DNA from: Clostridia bacterium
GTDB lineage: Bacteria; Bacillota; Clostridia; TANB77; CAG-508
Assembly (NCBI GenBank): GCA_022798335.1
Contig: JAAWMH010000015.1
Location: 7,872-71,871, forward strand
Length of the DNA stretch: 64,000 nucleotides
Reading direction: 5' to 3'
Positions 14,133 to 24,026 of the stretch are shown here, piece by piece. A program made the position numbers and the translations under genes. Each line of letters opens with the position of its first letter. The stretch's first letter is position 1. Below the pieces are notes generated by a model. That model saw only the letters and a program-made list of their open reading frames with translations, had not been told where the DNA came from and did no database searches.

Positions 14133-15383
14133 TTAATTTTCTAACATTCTCTGTAATGCTTTTAATACTCCTAATTTTCCATATTCATATGTAAGCCCAC
14201 CTTGCATAAATGCCATATATGGTTCTCTAATTGGCGCATCACAAGATAGTTCAATAGAAGACCCTTGTGTAAATGCTCCTGCTGCCATAATTACTTTATC
14301 GGTATATCCTGGCATATCCCATGGTTCTGGAACAGAATTGCTGTCTATTGGTGATCCCATTTGAATTCCTTGGCAAAATTTAATTAATTTTTCTTTATTA
14401 TGAAATGTAATTGTTTGTACTATATCTGCTCTTTTTTGATTGTGTTTAGGATTTGCCTCATATCCTAAATTTTCTAATAACTTGCTTGCAAAAATAGCTG
14501 TTTTTAGACTACTTGCTACTACATGTGGTGCTAAATATAGTCCTTGCAAAATTTGTTTATTAATTCCTAAAGTAGGTCCTACTTCTTTTCCTAAGCCTGG
14601 TGCTGTTAGCCTTTGTGCTGCTATATCTACTAGTTCTTTTTTTCCTGCAATATAGGCACCATTTGGTGCTATACCTCCACCTAAGTTTTTAATAAGTGAT
14701 CCTACTATAATATCTGCACCTAAATCTGTTGGCTCTATTTTTTCTACTAATTCTCCATAGCAATTATCTACCATAATAATAACTTTTTGATTTACTTTGC
14801 GAATTGTTTTTATGACTCTTTCTATTTTATCTAATGTAATACTATCTCTTAGGCTATATCCTCTTGAACGTTGTATTTCAATTAACTTAATATCATTTTT
14901 AGCTACTCTTTTTTCTATTTTTTCATAGTCAAAATCATTTTCTATCATATCTATTTGCTCATATTTTACCATATGCGCTTTTAAAGAACTAGCATTTTCT
15001 ACAATTCCAATTACTTCATCTAAAGTATCATATGGTTTTCCAGATATACTTAAGAAAATATCATTTGGTCTTAAAAAGGCAAATAAAGCTACAGTTAGTG
15101 CATGTGTTCCTGAAATAAACTGGCTTCTTACTAGGCTATCTTCTGCATGTAATACTTGTGCAAAAATTTTTTCAATAGTATCTCTTCCTATATCTGAATA
15201 GCCATAGCCTGTAGTACTATTAAAATGAATGTCTGAAACATGGTATTTTTGAAATGCATTTAATACTTTTAAGCTATTATACTCACATAATTCATCTACT
15301 TTTTTAAATTCTTCTGTAACTTCTTCTTCTGCCTTCTTTGCTAATTCTAATACTTGGTTACTAATCCCAAATTGCTTGTACAT
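14133..15383 (-). CDS. methionine gamma-lyase-like / aluminium-resistance family PLP-dependent protein (YnbB-like)
   Basis: 416 aa; SGTHALTVALFAFLRPND and GSLIKNLGGGIAPNGAYIAGK motifs typical of PF06838. Confidence 0.7.
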   Translation of the reverse strand: MYKQFGISNQVLELAKKAEEEVTEEFKKVDELCEYNSLKVLNAFQKYHVSDIHFNSTTGYGYSDIGRDTIEKIFAQVLHAEDSLVRSQFISGTHALTVALFAFLRPNDIFLSISGKPYDTLDEVIGIVENASSLKAHMVKYEQIDMIENDFDYEKIEKRVAKNDIKLIEIQRSRGYSLRDSITLDKIERVIKTIRKVNQKVIIMVDNCYGELVEKIEPTDLGADIIVGSLIKNLGGGIAPNGAYIAGKKELVDIAAQRLTAPGLGKEVGPTLGINKQILQGLYLAPHVVASSLKTAIFASKLLENLGYEANPKHNQKRADIVQTITFHNKEKLIKFCQGIQMGSPIDSNSVPEPWDMPGYTDKVIMAAGAFTQGSSIELSCDAPIREPYMAFMQGGLTYEYGKLGVLKALQRMLEN

Positions 15384-15399
15384 TTTTTAGTTTCTCCTT

Positions 15400-17176
15400 T
15401 TATTCTTGTGGTTCATCTTCTTCATTATAAACAGCATCACTACTATATCTACTATCACTATACCAACTATTAATTCGGTAATATTTTCCTAAAAAGCTTG
15501 GATTAATCCAGTTAATTTTATAAATTGGTTCTTGTATAATTTCACCGTTTTGATTAATAACTCCCCATTTACCATTTTGTTTAATTCCTGCAAATCCATA
15601 CTCATTAAACTCAGTTACCATATCATATTCAGCTTTAATCTCTACATTTCCACTTAAGTCTACAAATCCCCATTTATCTTCTATTTTCTTTGCAAAAAGT
15701 CTATGGTTTGGGAATATTGTTTTAGCCTCTAGTTCATTGCCATTTTCATCATAATAACGGAAGTTTTCTTCTTGAGCTAATAAAATATATTTTTTTCCAT
15801 TTTCATTATATTGCTTAATAATAGCTTTTTCCATACTTGCTACTTTTTGCATATCAAAATTAAATAGTTCTATCGTGTTATTTTGTGAAATTTCTGCTTG
15901 CAATAAATTGGTATCATTAAAGCGGAATATACTAGTATATTTTAAGTCTACCACCACTTTACCTGTACTATCTATAATTCCATTTTTTCCATCTTTTGCT
16001 ACAATAAAATAATTACCTGGCAAATATTCTATATAAGTATAATTATCATCTATTTTTTTATTTCCATTTGCATCTACAATTGTATAAATATCATTTTTAT
16101 CTACCGCAATATAGTAATTAGGATTTTTAGTTTGTATCATACTAATTTTATCTGTTTTTACTTCATTTCCATTCATATCAAATATATAGGTTTCATCTTG
16201 CTTATTTGCATTTAAGTATATTCCTCCAAATAAAATATTGTCATATTCTATTGGAAGTATTGTTTTTGCTTCTTTACTAACTGCTCCTTGCTTTCCGATT
16301 GCGTTGTACTATGAAAATATCATTTACTGGATAATATTGTATATCTTCATATTCATAATTTAATATTAATTTTTTATTTTGTAGTAATCCTGCTTGTCCG
16401 TTTTTAAATGCAATAAAATAATATTCTTTTTCGTTTGGTATTTGAGTAACTCTTTCTAGCTCGGTATATTCTGTTTTTAAAATAGTACGTCCACGGTAGT
16501 CAATATACCCATAACGATATCCTTCGTCTGTTTTTTTACTTACAATAAAACCTGTTGTCTTATTTTTAGTTGTTTCATTATAATAATTATCAGAAATAAT
16601 TGCTTCATACTCAGTAGGAATAATTTCTTTTCCTTTCATATTGATAACGCCTGCTTTTCCTTCTTTTGTTACTACAAAACTTCCTTCTTTATAATTAATA
16701 CTACTTACTTCATCATAAATTGGTTTTGCTATTTGTTTACCTTCTGTAGTAATGATGCCATATTTTCCATCTTGGCAATAAACTAAAGTACTTTTTTCAT
16801 ACGGATTTGTTTCTATATTTGTTTCTATTGGAATGGCTTGTACATTTGGATACTCTGTTAAAATTGCTTCACTTTTTTCATTATATACAACAGTTTGATA
16901 TTCTTTTGTGTCTGCATTGTAACTTTTAATACAAACAAAGATAGGTTTTTGTGGATTTGGTATTTGAACTGCTACATATTCTGGTTTTATTACTACATTT
17001 CCATTTTTGTCTACTATTCCGTATTTCCCTTCTTCTGTAAGTACAAAATAATTATATTCCTTAATTTCGTCTACTTTGTACTGAAATTGTAGTTCATTTA
17101 TTACCCAAAGTCCTACTGCTACTAATATAACTAGTACTACAGCAGCTATAATAATCCATTTTATTTTTCCCTTCAT
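15400..17176 (-). CDS. WG-repeat (KWG) containing membrane-anchored protein, frame broken by a single-C insertion
   Basis: N-terminal TM, many ...GKYG(I/V)(I/V)D..G... WG-like repeats across ORFs 16277-17176 and 15400-16176; removing C at about 16297 (caatCggaaag) fuses them. Confidence 0.65.
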
Positions 17177-17195
17177 AACCTATCTTTTCCTTTCT

Positions 17196-18518
17196 TTATT
17201 CCTTTTCTTCTACTTCTTGTATTTTTTCTTGTTTATTTTTACATATTTTTACCCATTGAATACGTTTATCTTCGTATTCTTCTATTTTATAGGTTAAGTA
17301 ATCATCTTCTAAAACAGGATGCTCATTTTCTTCTGGTAGTCTTCCTAATTTTTCTAATAAATATCCTGATAGTGTTTCATAGTCTCCTTCTGGAAGCTCT
17401 ACATCTATAATTTTCTTTAATTCATATAGGCTAACACTACCATCTACTAAATAGGTATTATCATCAATTTTTTGATATTCTACCTCTACCTCATCATATT
17501 CGTCAAAAATATTTCCTACTAGTTCTTCTATAATGTCTTCCATTGTTAGTACTCCTGCTGTTCCTCCATATTCGTCTACTACAATAGCCATTTGCATTTT
17601 ATTGGCCTGTAGTTCTTCAAAAATTTCGTCAATTGGTTTTGATTCTGGAACAAAGTAGGCATCTCTTAAAATATCTTTAATTTTTATTTTTTTCTTTCCA
17701 CTAAGTAGTTTCAATATATCTTTTACAAATAAAATTCCTCTAATATTATCAATTGTTTCTTCATAAACTGGTATTCTACTATATTTGTACTCATCTATTT
17801 CTTCTAAAATTTCATATAAGTCTTGATTTATTTCAATTGCATACATATCTGTACGATGGGTCATAATTTCTGATGCTACAATATCATTAAAAGCAAATAC
17901 ATTATTAATTAATTCTTTTTCTGTTTCTTCTATTGCTCCTTTTTCTTCGCCCTGGTCTACCATCATTTTGATTTCTTCTTCTGTTACAATTTCTTCTTCT
18001 TGCTCTCCTACACCAAATATTTTAGAAATGATATTTGTTGACCATGTTAGTAGTTTTACAAATGGTGCTGTAAAGATAGAAATTGTTCTAATAACTCCTA
18101 TTGTAGCATAAGATATTTTCTCATAGTATTTCATAGCTAGCCTTTTGGGAACTAACTCTCCAAATACTAAAGTAAAAAAAGATAGTATCATGGTAATTAG
18201 AATAATTGAGATACTTCTCCAAACAGAAATACTTAAAAATGGCATTGAGCTATTTAATATAGGAGCTAGTTTATCTGCAAAAGCATCTGATGCAAAAGCA
18301 CTTGATAAAAATCCTGCTAAAGTAATTCCTATTTGAATAGTTGCTAAAAATTTACTTGGGTTTTTCAACATTTTTTGAATTTGTTTTGCTTTTTTATTTC
18401 CTTCTTTTGCTTGCTTTTCTATTTTTGCATCATTTAAAGAAATAAAGGCAATTTCGGTAGCTGCAAAGTAAGCATTTAATAAAATTAAAATGGCTAAAAA
18501 AATGAGCTGTGAAATCAT
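17196..18518 (-). CDS. HlyC/CorC family transporter (CNNM/DUF21 TM domain + 2 CBS + CorC_HlyC)
   Basis: 440 aa; N-terminal DUF21 membrane domain, CBS pair, C-terminal transporter-associated domain. Confidence 0.8.
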   Translation of the reverse strand: MISQLIFLAILILLNAYFAATEIAFISLNDAKIEKQAKEGNKKAKQIQKMLKNPSKFLATIQIGITLAGFLSSAFASDAFADKLAPILNSSMPFLSISVWRSISIILITMILSFFTLVFGELVPKRLAMKYYEKISYATIGVIRTISIFTAPFVKLLTWSTNIISKIFGVGEQEEEIVTEEEIKMMVDQGEEKGAIEETEKELINNVFAFNDIVASEIMTHRTDMYAIEINQDLYEILEEIDEYKYSRIPVYEETIDNIRGILFVKDILKLLSGKKKIKIKDILRDAYFVPESKPIDEIFEELQANKMQMAIVVDEYGGTAGVLTMEDIIEELVGNIFDEYDEVEVEYQKIDDNTYLVDGSVSLYELKKIIDVELPEGDYETLSGYLLEKLGRLPEENEHPVLEDDYLTYKIEEYEDKRIQWVKICKNKQEKIQEVEEKE

Positions 18519-18559
18519 ATTTTTTTCCTTTCCTTTTGTATCATAATTTTCTAGTTTTT

Positions 18560-18588
18560 ATTATATATTTTATCCTAATTTCTGTCAA
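18560..18588 (-). promoter_or_regulatory. putative sigmaA promoter for the CorC-family gene (TTGACA-17 nt-TATAAT on minus strand)
   Basis: rc of 18583-18588 = TTGACA, rc of 18560-18565 = TATAAT, 17-nt spacer; lies immediately 3' of the LPRTGF stop. Confidence 0.45.
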
Positions 18589-18612
18589 TAAATGCTTCCT
18601 ATTTTGCCCATT

Positions 18613-19815
18613 TTAAAAGCCTGTTCTTGGTAATTTTTTCACATTTTCTTTTTGATTCTCTTTTTCATCATTTCTTATCTCTTCTTTGCTTTCATCTTTT
18701 GGTTCTTCTTTTTTTGTTTCTTCTTCCACAGTCTTATCATCTTCTGTTATCTCTGGAGTTATATTGGGTTTGTTATCTTCTTGACTATTGTCTTCTTTGT
18801 TTTCTGGTATATTTTCTTCATTATTGCTTGGTTTATTTTCTGTTTGTTCTGGTATTTTTTCTTCTTCATCTTTACTTGGTAATTTGGGTGGATTTTCTTC
18901 TGGTATGTTATCTAATTCTTCTTCTATTTTTATATATTTTTGTTCTAGCACAGTTTCTATTATTTCTTTTTCATCTAAATAGACATAACTTTCCCAATCT
19001 TTAGTTGGTCCATCTCCCTTTCTTACTGGCTTTGTTTCAGCTTCTAGTGTTATGGTAATGGTAAAGTCTATTTCTTCTAAAGATGAACCAACTATTTTAA
19101 ATTTTTCTCCATAAGAAAACTTTTCTTTTTCTTCGTTTTGCTCACTTTTTATTTCTAATCCTTCTGCATTTACCTTTACAGCATAATTTTCAAATTTGAT
19201 ACTACTATCTATTTTATATGTTTTGCTTTGTATATTTTCTCCTTCTTTTTGCCATTTTTCAGTTTCTTCTTGAATCGTAATTTTAGGAATTATTAATGCT
19301 TCTTGGGAGCTACGTGCTTTTTGAATTAATGAGACTGTATTTGAAATAATAGCTTCATATTTATTTTCTTGTGTTAGTGTAAATTTTTCTAAATCGTAAT
19401 GATAATAGGTATCTAATACCGCTATTTGTGTAATAATATAGGCTTCTTCTTCATTGGTACAATTTAGCTCTTTATAACTATGTTTTGGGTAGCCTAGCAA
19501 TAACACTTGCCTTACTTTTTCGTTTAATAGAGTTTCATTCATTTTTGTATAAATGAAATATTCTCCATTCAAATAATACTTTTCCATTCCTAATACATAA
19601 ATTGGAAAATCTTTATTTTTGCATTTTGCTATTGGTATATCTAATGCTTTTCCTTCATACTCTATTCCTTTATATACACTTGTAGTAATGCACCAAACAT
19701 CTTCTTGTGGCTCTATTAAATATGCTTTGCTATTATTTGCAGTTAATACTAAGCAAATACTAATGCATAGTATACTTATCTTTTGTAATATTTTTTTGTT
19801 TATTCTTAATTTCAT
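18613..19815 (-). CDS. sortase-substrate surface protein (signal peptide, acidic E/K/N/P-rich stalk, C-terminal LPRTG motif but no hydrophobic tail)
   Basis: MKLRINKKILQKISILCISICLVLTANN signal peptide; ends ...ENVKKLPRTGF-stop; start codon overlaps sortase stop (ATGA). Confidence 0.6.
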   Translation of the reverse strand: MKLRINKKILQKISILCISICLVLTANNSKAYLIEPQEDVWCITTSVYKGIEYEGKALDIPIAKCKNKDFPIYVLGMEKYYLNGEYFIYTKMNETLLNEKVRQVLLLGYPKHSYKELNCTNEEEAYIITQIAVLDTYYHYDLEKFTLTQENKYEAIISNTVSLIQKARSSQEALIIPKITIQEETEKWQKEGENIQSKTYKIDSSIKFENYAVKVNAEGLEIKSEQNEEKEKFSYGEKFKIVGSSLEEIDFTITITLEAETKPVRKGDGPTKDWESYVYLDEKEIIETVLEQKYIKIEEELDNIPEENPPKLPSKDEEEKIPEQTENKPSNNEENIPENKEDNSQEDNKPNITPEITEDDKTVEEETKKEEPKDESKEEIRNDEKENQKENVKKLPRTGF

Positions 19816-20505
19816 GTTATATCTTCCTTTCTTTTTTCATTTAAAATTTCATAACTTTCTACTGCCTGAACACACCTTCTATATTCTCTTCTGTTTTCTT
19901 CACATGTAATTAAAGTAATACAATTTTGCTTTGTCTGCTTTAAATAATTCCAGTTTGTTTCTAATATTACTTTATTGGTTTGTACTTGGTAAACTCTCTT
20001 TCCGTTTTTCAGTAGTATAAATAATTTCGTCTCCTATTTTTAAATTTTTTATGTTTTGAAAATAATTACACTGATATCCTCTATTATGTGCTGCAAGTCC
20101 TACATTTCCTTGCCATTTACTTGTTTCTTCAAAATGACCTACTGACTTTAATAAAATGTTAGGACTAGTTCCTTCCTCAATATGGATATCTAAATTAATT
20201 TTTGGTATTTGAATTCTCCAAGTGTTTTCTTTATACTCTTTTACAATTTCTCTTTGTATTTTATTGTTTGTTTTTGTAACTATTACATTATGATTTTCCT
20301 CTACTTTTTTTGTTTGGATATCATTAGAAATCTCTTTAGAATAAATTTGATTAGAATAAAATTTATTGGATAGTAATTCTACAAAGTCATACATAAGATG
20401 AAGAAAAACAATAAGAAACATTGCTATGATAAAGACTAAAAAGCTAACATTTCTTTTTGTGTATGTAATCACATATTTTGCACCTACTCTCTTTTTGGAT
20501 TTCAA
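19812..20505 (-). CDS. sortase family transpeptidase, frame broken by a single-C insertion before the catalytic TLITC segment
   Basis: N-terminal TM anchor, conserved His (NILLKSVGHFEETS); removing C at about 20002 (aaaCggaaag) restores ...EKGKRVYQVQTNKVILETNWNYLKQTKQNCITLITCEE... Confidence 0.75.
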
Positions 20506-20613
20506 TAGAAATAAAATTTTTTGAATAAATTTTTTGGAAAAAATTGCAATTTTTAACTTTCTTTATCTTACACCCTATTTGGCGTTTTGTAAAGTTTTTT
20601 TCATTGACAATTT

Positions 20614-20646
20614 TCGACTTATTTTACAAGAGGGTGGCAATATGCC
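20614..20646. terminator. strong GC-rich hairpin terminator (13-bp stem CAAGAGGGTGGCA / TGCCACCCTCTTG)
   Basis: perfect palindrome directly after stop of the 20674-21012 gene. Confidence 0.7.
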
Positions 20647-20673
20647 ACCCTCTTGTAAGGAGTAAATGCAACT

Positions 20674-21012
20674 TTAATTGTTGTTTAACAGCTCCTTGAA
20701 CTCCACTTCGCTGACTTCCTTGAACTCTTTCGTAAAAGTTGGAACAAACTTATCCTTGACAGGATGCCCAAACCCCTTAAAGAAGCAGACCTCCTTCACT
20801 ACGCGGATAATTTTGTTGTTTAGGTCTACGACTTCATCTGCTCCAGCATAGTCCATCAGTTTTGCCAACCGCTGAATATCTGCCAGATTTGTCAATATGA
20901 AGCCCCAATAGCAGGTGCCGCATTGAGCCTCAAAGGTTAAGCTAACGGACAGGTTGTCGTTGCTATCAACCTTTGCAGTTGCATCTTTAATTCTTGCGTT
21001 TATGAGTTCCAT
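20674..21012 (-). CDS. hypothetical 112-aa protein encoded by a compositionally foreign (about 45% GC) gene
   Basis: start MELINARIKD preceded by perfect AAGGAGG RBS; GC far above the about 28% background; own terminator; no family recognised. Confidence 0.5.
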   Translation of the reverse strand: MELINARIKDATAKVDSNDNLSVSLTFEAQCGTCYWGFILTNLADIQRLAKLMDYAGADEVVDLNNKIIRVVKEVCFFKGFGHPVKDKFVPTFTKEFKEVSEVEFKELLNNN

Positions 21013-21146
21013 AAAGTAGTCCTCCTTAATTTTAATAATTACACAAGAATAGGTCACTTTTATTATAGCATAAATTAACATAAAAAACAAGCTGATTACT
21101 TTTTTGAATTTTTTGCAAATGATTTTCTAAGACTCATTTTTTATAT

Positions 21147-22667
21147 TTATTTCCTGCTCTTTTCTTTATTGATATCAAAATAAAATTCTACACCATCTTC
21201 TTTATTTACCACTCCATAGGCATTTTGGTAATTTGTTTGAATTGCTTTTACTAAAGCTAAGCCTATTCCACTTCCTCCATCTCCACGGTTTCGTGAACTA
21301 TCAACTTTATAAAATCTGCCCCAAATTCTATCTAGATTTTCTTCTTCTATATTTTTACCAGTATTAAATATAAATACTCTTACCTTTGCTTCTTTTTGTT
21401 CTATTGTAATTTGAATTTGTTTTTTGCCGTCTACTACTTCTGCATGTTTTATTGCATTTGTAAAATAGTTTGTTACTATTTGATCTATATAAAAATCATC
21501 TGCATATACATAAATTGGTTCTTTCTTTTCAAATATTACTTCTATTTCATTTTCTTCTAGCATAACATTGCATTTTCTAATCACTTCTTTGATTAGTTCT
21601 ACTAAGTCAAATTTTTCATCATTAAACTCTCTTTTTCCATATTCTAGTTTCATAAGTTCTAACAATTGTTTTACCAATTTGTCCATTTTATTTGACTCAT
21701 CTAAAATCACTTCGGCATAAAACTTTTTAGACTCTTCGTCGTTATTTACATTTTCTACTAGCCCTTCTGCATATCCTTGTATTAAAGCAATTGGTGTTTT
21801 TAACTCATGAGATACATCTGAAATAAATTGCTTTCTCATTTCATCTATTTTAGATTTTTCTTCAATGTCTTTTTCTAGTTCTTTGTTATTTTCTCTTAAT
21901 TGGTTTATCGTAGTTTCTAATTTGTCTGACATGGTATTAATATTTTTTCCTAGCTTATTTATTTCATCGTCTGAGTCTGTAATACGATATTTTTTACTAA
22001 AGTCTAGTTTTGCCATTTGATTGGTAATTTCATTTAGTTGCAAAATTGGCTCTGTAAATTTACGCGAAATAAGAGAAGCTGCAAAAGATGAAACAATAAT
22101 TGTAAGTAAGCCAATTAAAACTAATACTTCGTTAGAAATTCTAACACTTTCTTCTATTGGTGCAATTGGTATTCTAATATATAAACTGTAACCATTTACT
22201 AAATTTCCTGTTAGTAATATATAGTTTAAACTATTTGCACTATCTGCTATTTTCCTAATTTCCATATTTTCATCTGTATAAATAATATTAGCTCTTTCTT
22301 TACTAGATTGTATTTTTGTCATTTCTGTAATTTTATTTAAGTTATCTAAAAAGTCTTTATCTGTAGAAAATAGTATCAAATTTGTATCTGTTTTAATTAA
22401 AATATCAAAATTATTGCGAAAAGCAATTTTCTTCAATTCATTTTCTAAATTATATTCTAAATTAGGTTTTGCATAATACTGATTTATTTTTTGATATACT
22501 TCTTTAATTGTTTTAGTTTTACTATACATATAAAAATTTTCTAATACTAAACTATTGATTGTTATTAAACATAGCACTAAAAACATAATAACTGCACAAA
22601 GTGTAATAAATAATCTAACTCTTACTGATTTTAGCTTTTCTTTTATTTTTTCCATAACGCTCCTCAT
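21147..22667 (-). CDS. sensor histidine kinase (2 TM, HAMP, HisKA SHELKTPIALIQGY, HATPase_c)
   Basis: 506 aa with classic H-box, N, G1/G2 boxes. Confidence 0.85.
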   Translation of the reverse strand: MRSVMEKIKEKLKSVRVRLFITLCAVIMFLVLCLITINSLVLENFYMYSKTKTIKEVYQKINQYYAKPNLEYNLENELKKIAFRNNFDILIKTDTNLILFSTDKDFLDNLNKITEMTKIQSSKERANIIYTDENMEIRKIADSANSLNYILLTGNLVNGYSLYIRIPIAPIEESVRISNEVLVLIGLLTIIVSSFAASLISRKFTEPILQLNEITNQMAKLDFSKKYRITDSDDEINKLGKNINTMSDKLETTINQLRENNKELEKDIEEKSKIDEMRKQFISDVSHELKTPIALIQGYAEGLVENVNNDEESKKFYAEVILDESNKMDKLVKQLLELMKLEYGKREFNDEKFDLVELIKEVIRKCNVMLEENEIEVIFEKKEPIYVYADDFYIDQIVTNYFTNAIKHAEVVDGKKQIQITIEQKEAKVRVFIFNTGKNIEEENLDRIWGRFYKVDSSRNRGDGGSGIGLALVKAIQTNYQNAYGVVNKEDGVEFYFDINKEKSRK

Positions 22668-22668
22668 G

Positions 22669-23346
22669 TTACTTTATTTCAAATTTGTAGCCAACGCCTC
22701 TCATAGTTTCTATATATTTTCCTTTTTTCCCTAGTTTATGCCTAATCTTTTTGATATGACTATCAATTGTTCTTGAATCTCCATAATAATCATAGTTCCA
22801 TACATTATTTAGAATTTTATCTCTAGATAATGCAATTCCACTGTTATCTACTAAATATTTTAGTAGTTCATATTCACGAAGACTCATTTCTATTTGTTTT
22901 CCATCTATTTTTACAGTTCTACCTTCTGGATCTATGCTAATTCCTCCATAATCTTTTAATACAGTTTTATCTCCTAAGCTTCTTTTTAAAATTGCTTCTA
23001 CTCTTGCTACTAAAATTTTAGGACTAAATGGCTTGCTAATGTACTCATCTACACCTAGTTCAAACCCAAATAACTCATCTTGTTCTTCTCCCCTTGCTGT
23101 AAGCATCATAATAGGAATTTTAGAAATTTGCCTTATTTGACGAAGTACTGACCACCCATCTAATTTGGGCATCATAACATCTAATAAAATTAAATTTATT
23201 TTGTTACCATTTTCTTCAAATATTTTTAATGCTTCTTCTCCATCTCCTGCTTCTAATATTTGATATCCTTTTTGGTTTAAGAAATCTTTTATTAATTTTC
23301 TCATTCTTGCTTCATCATCTACAACTAAAATAGTAATATCGTTCAT
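22669..23346 (-). CDS. OmpR-family response regulator (receiver + winged-helix)
   Basis: ILVVDDEARMRKLIKDFL...LLDVMMPKLDG receiver; C-terminal trans_reg_C; stop/start adjacent to the kinase gene. Confidence 0.88.
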   Translation of the reverse strand: MNDITILVVDDEARMRKLIKDFLNQKGYQILEAGDGEEALKIFEENGNKINLILLDVMMPKLDGWSVLRQIRQISKIPIMMLTARGEEQDELFGFELGVDEYISKPFSPKILVARVEAILKRSLGDKTVLKDYGGISIDPEGRTVKIDGKQIEMSLREYELLKYLVDNSGIALSRDKILNNVWNYDYYGDSRTIDSHIKKIRHKLGKKGKYIETMRGVGYKFEIK

Positions 23347-23414
23347 AGAATTCTCCTTTTATTTTTTATTATTATATACTATACTACTACTTTATGTCTA
23401 GTATGTGAACAAAA

Positions 23415-23450
23415 AGTAAAAAAACGCCTCACCCTTAATTTAGGGTGAGG
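23415..23450 (-). terminator. rho-independent terminator (GCCTCACCCT-loop-AGGGTGAGGC + T7 on minus strand)
   Basis: 10-bp GC-rich stem followed by A7 on plus strand (T7 on minus). Confidence 0.7.
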
Positions 23451-23463
23451 CTTCTTATAGATT

Positions 23464-23934
23464 TTACAAAGGAAACCAAATTTGAAATTCAATTTTTTCT
23501 AACTCTTCACAATTAGAATATTTTGGGTTAAATTTTCGCTTTTCTTTCCGAACCATTCCACATTCTTTTATGGGAGGATTGGTAATGTCTATCAAAAGCT
23601 CTGGTGCACATTCCCATTTAAAAACTCTTCTAATTGCTGTGTGGTCATTTTCCCAATGATAGCTAATTGTTCTTCCTTCAAGGTCCACAGTAATAAACAT
23701 TTTGATAACACTTTGCGAGGTATCTACTTCTTCAAGTGCCTTATTTGTAATCAAAGTTATTACTTCTGACCAAAACATTGTAAGCTCACATTGTTTCTTT
23801 TCTTTTTCACATTTTAACTGTTCCTCTTGGCTACTAATCCATTTATTGTTCAAACTCTTTAACTTATTCCGAGTTTCATGAATTCTTAGCAGATTATCTC
23901 CTACACTAAGAACTAGCTGTCTGTTTTCTGCCAT
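23464..23934 (-). CDS. hypothetical 156-aa protein (moderately elevated GC, monocistronic with own terminator)
   Basis: ORF MAENRQLVLSVGDNLLRIHE...; no recognisable domain. Confidence 0.5.
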   Translation of the reverse strand: MAENRQLVLSVGDNLLRIHETRNKLKSLNNKWISSQEEQLKCEKEKKQCELTMFWSEVITLITNKALEEVDTSQSVIKMFITVDLEGRTISYHWENDHTAIRRVFKWECAPELLIDITNPPIKECGMVRKEKRKFNPKYSNCEELEKIEFQIWFPL

Positions 23935-24026
23935 AAAATAGCCTCCTCTATATTGCTTCTATATTGGTAACTTTTCCATTATACCACTTTTTTCCATTTA
24001 TTTCAAGCTTTTTTTATAAAAACTTC

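Noticed and set aside
18627-19004. Phe/Leu/Tyr-rich plus-strand ORFs (18627-19004, 18652-18882, 18788-18982) and similar antisense ORFs (2150-2470, 5341-5757, 39057-40364 etc.)
   Set aside because: They lie antisense to well-supported genes, have low-complexity composition typical of AT-rich antisense frames, and no RBS. Treated as spurious.
18613-19815. Calling the LPRTG protein a confirmed thioester-domain adhesin
   Set aside because: Only a loose Cys...TQIAV spacing resemblance. Neither the CxD/N/E nor the QxxxxW consensus is met. Left as speculation inside a finding.
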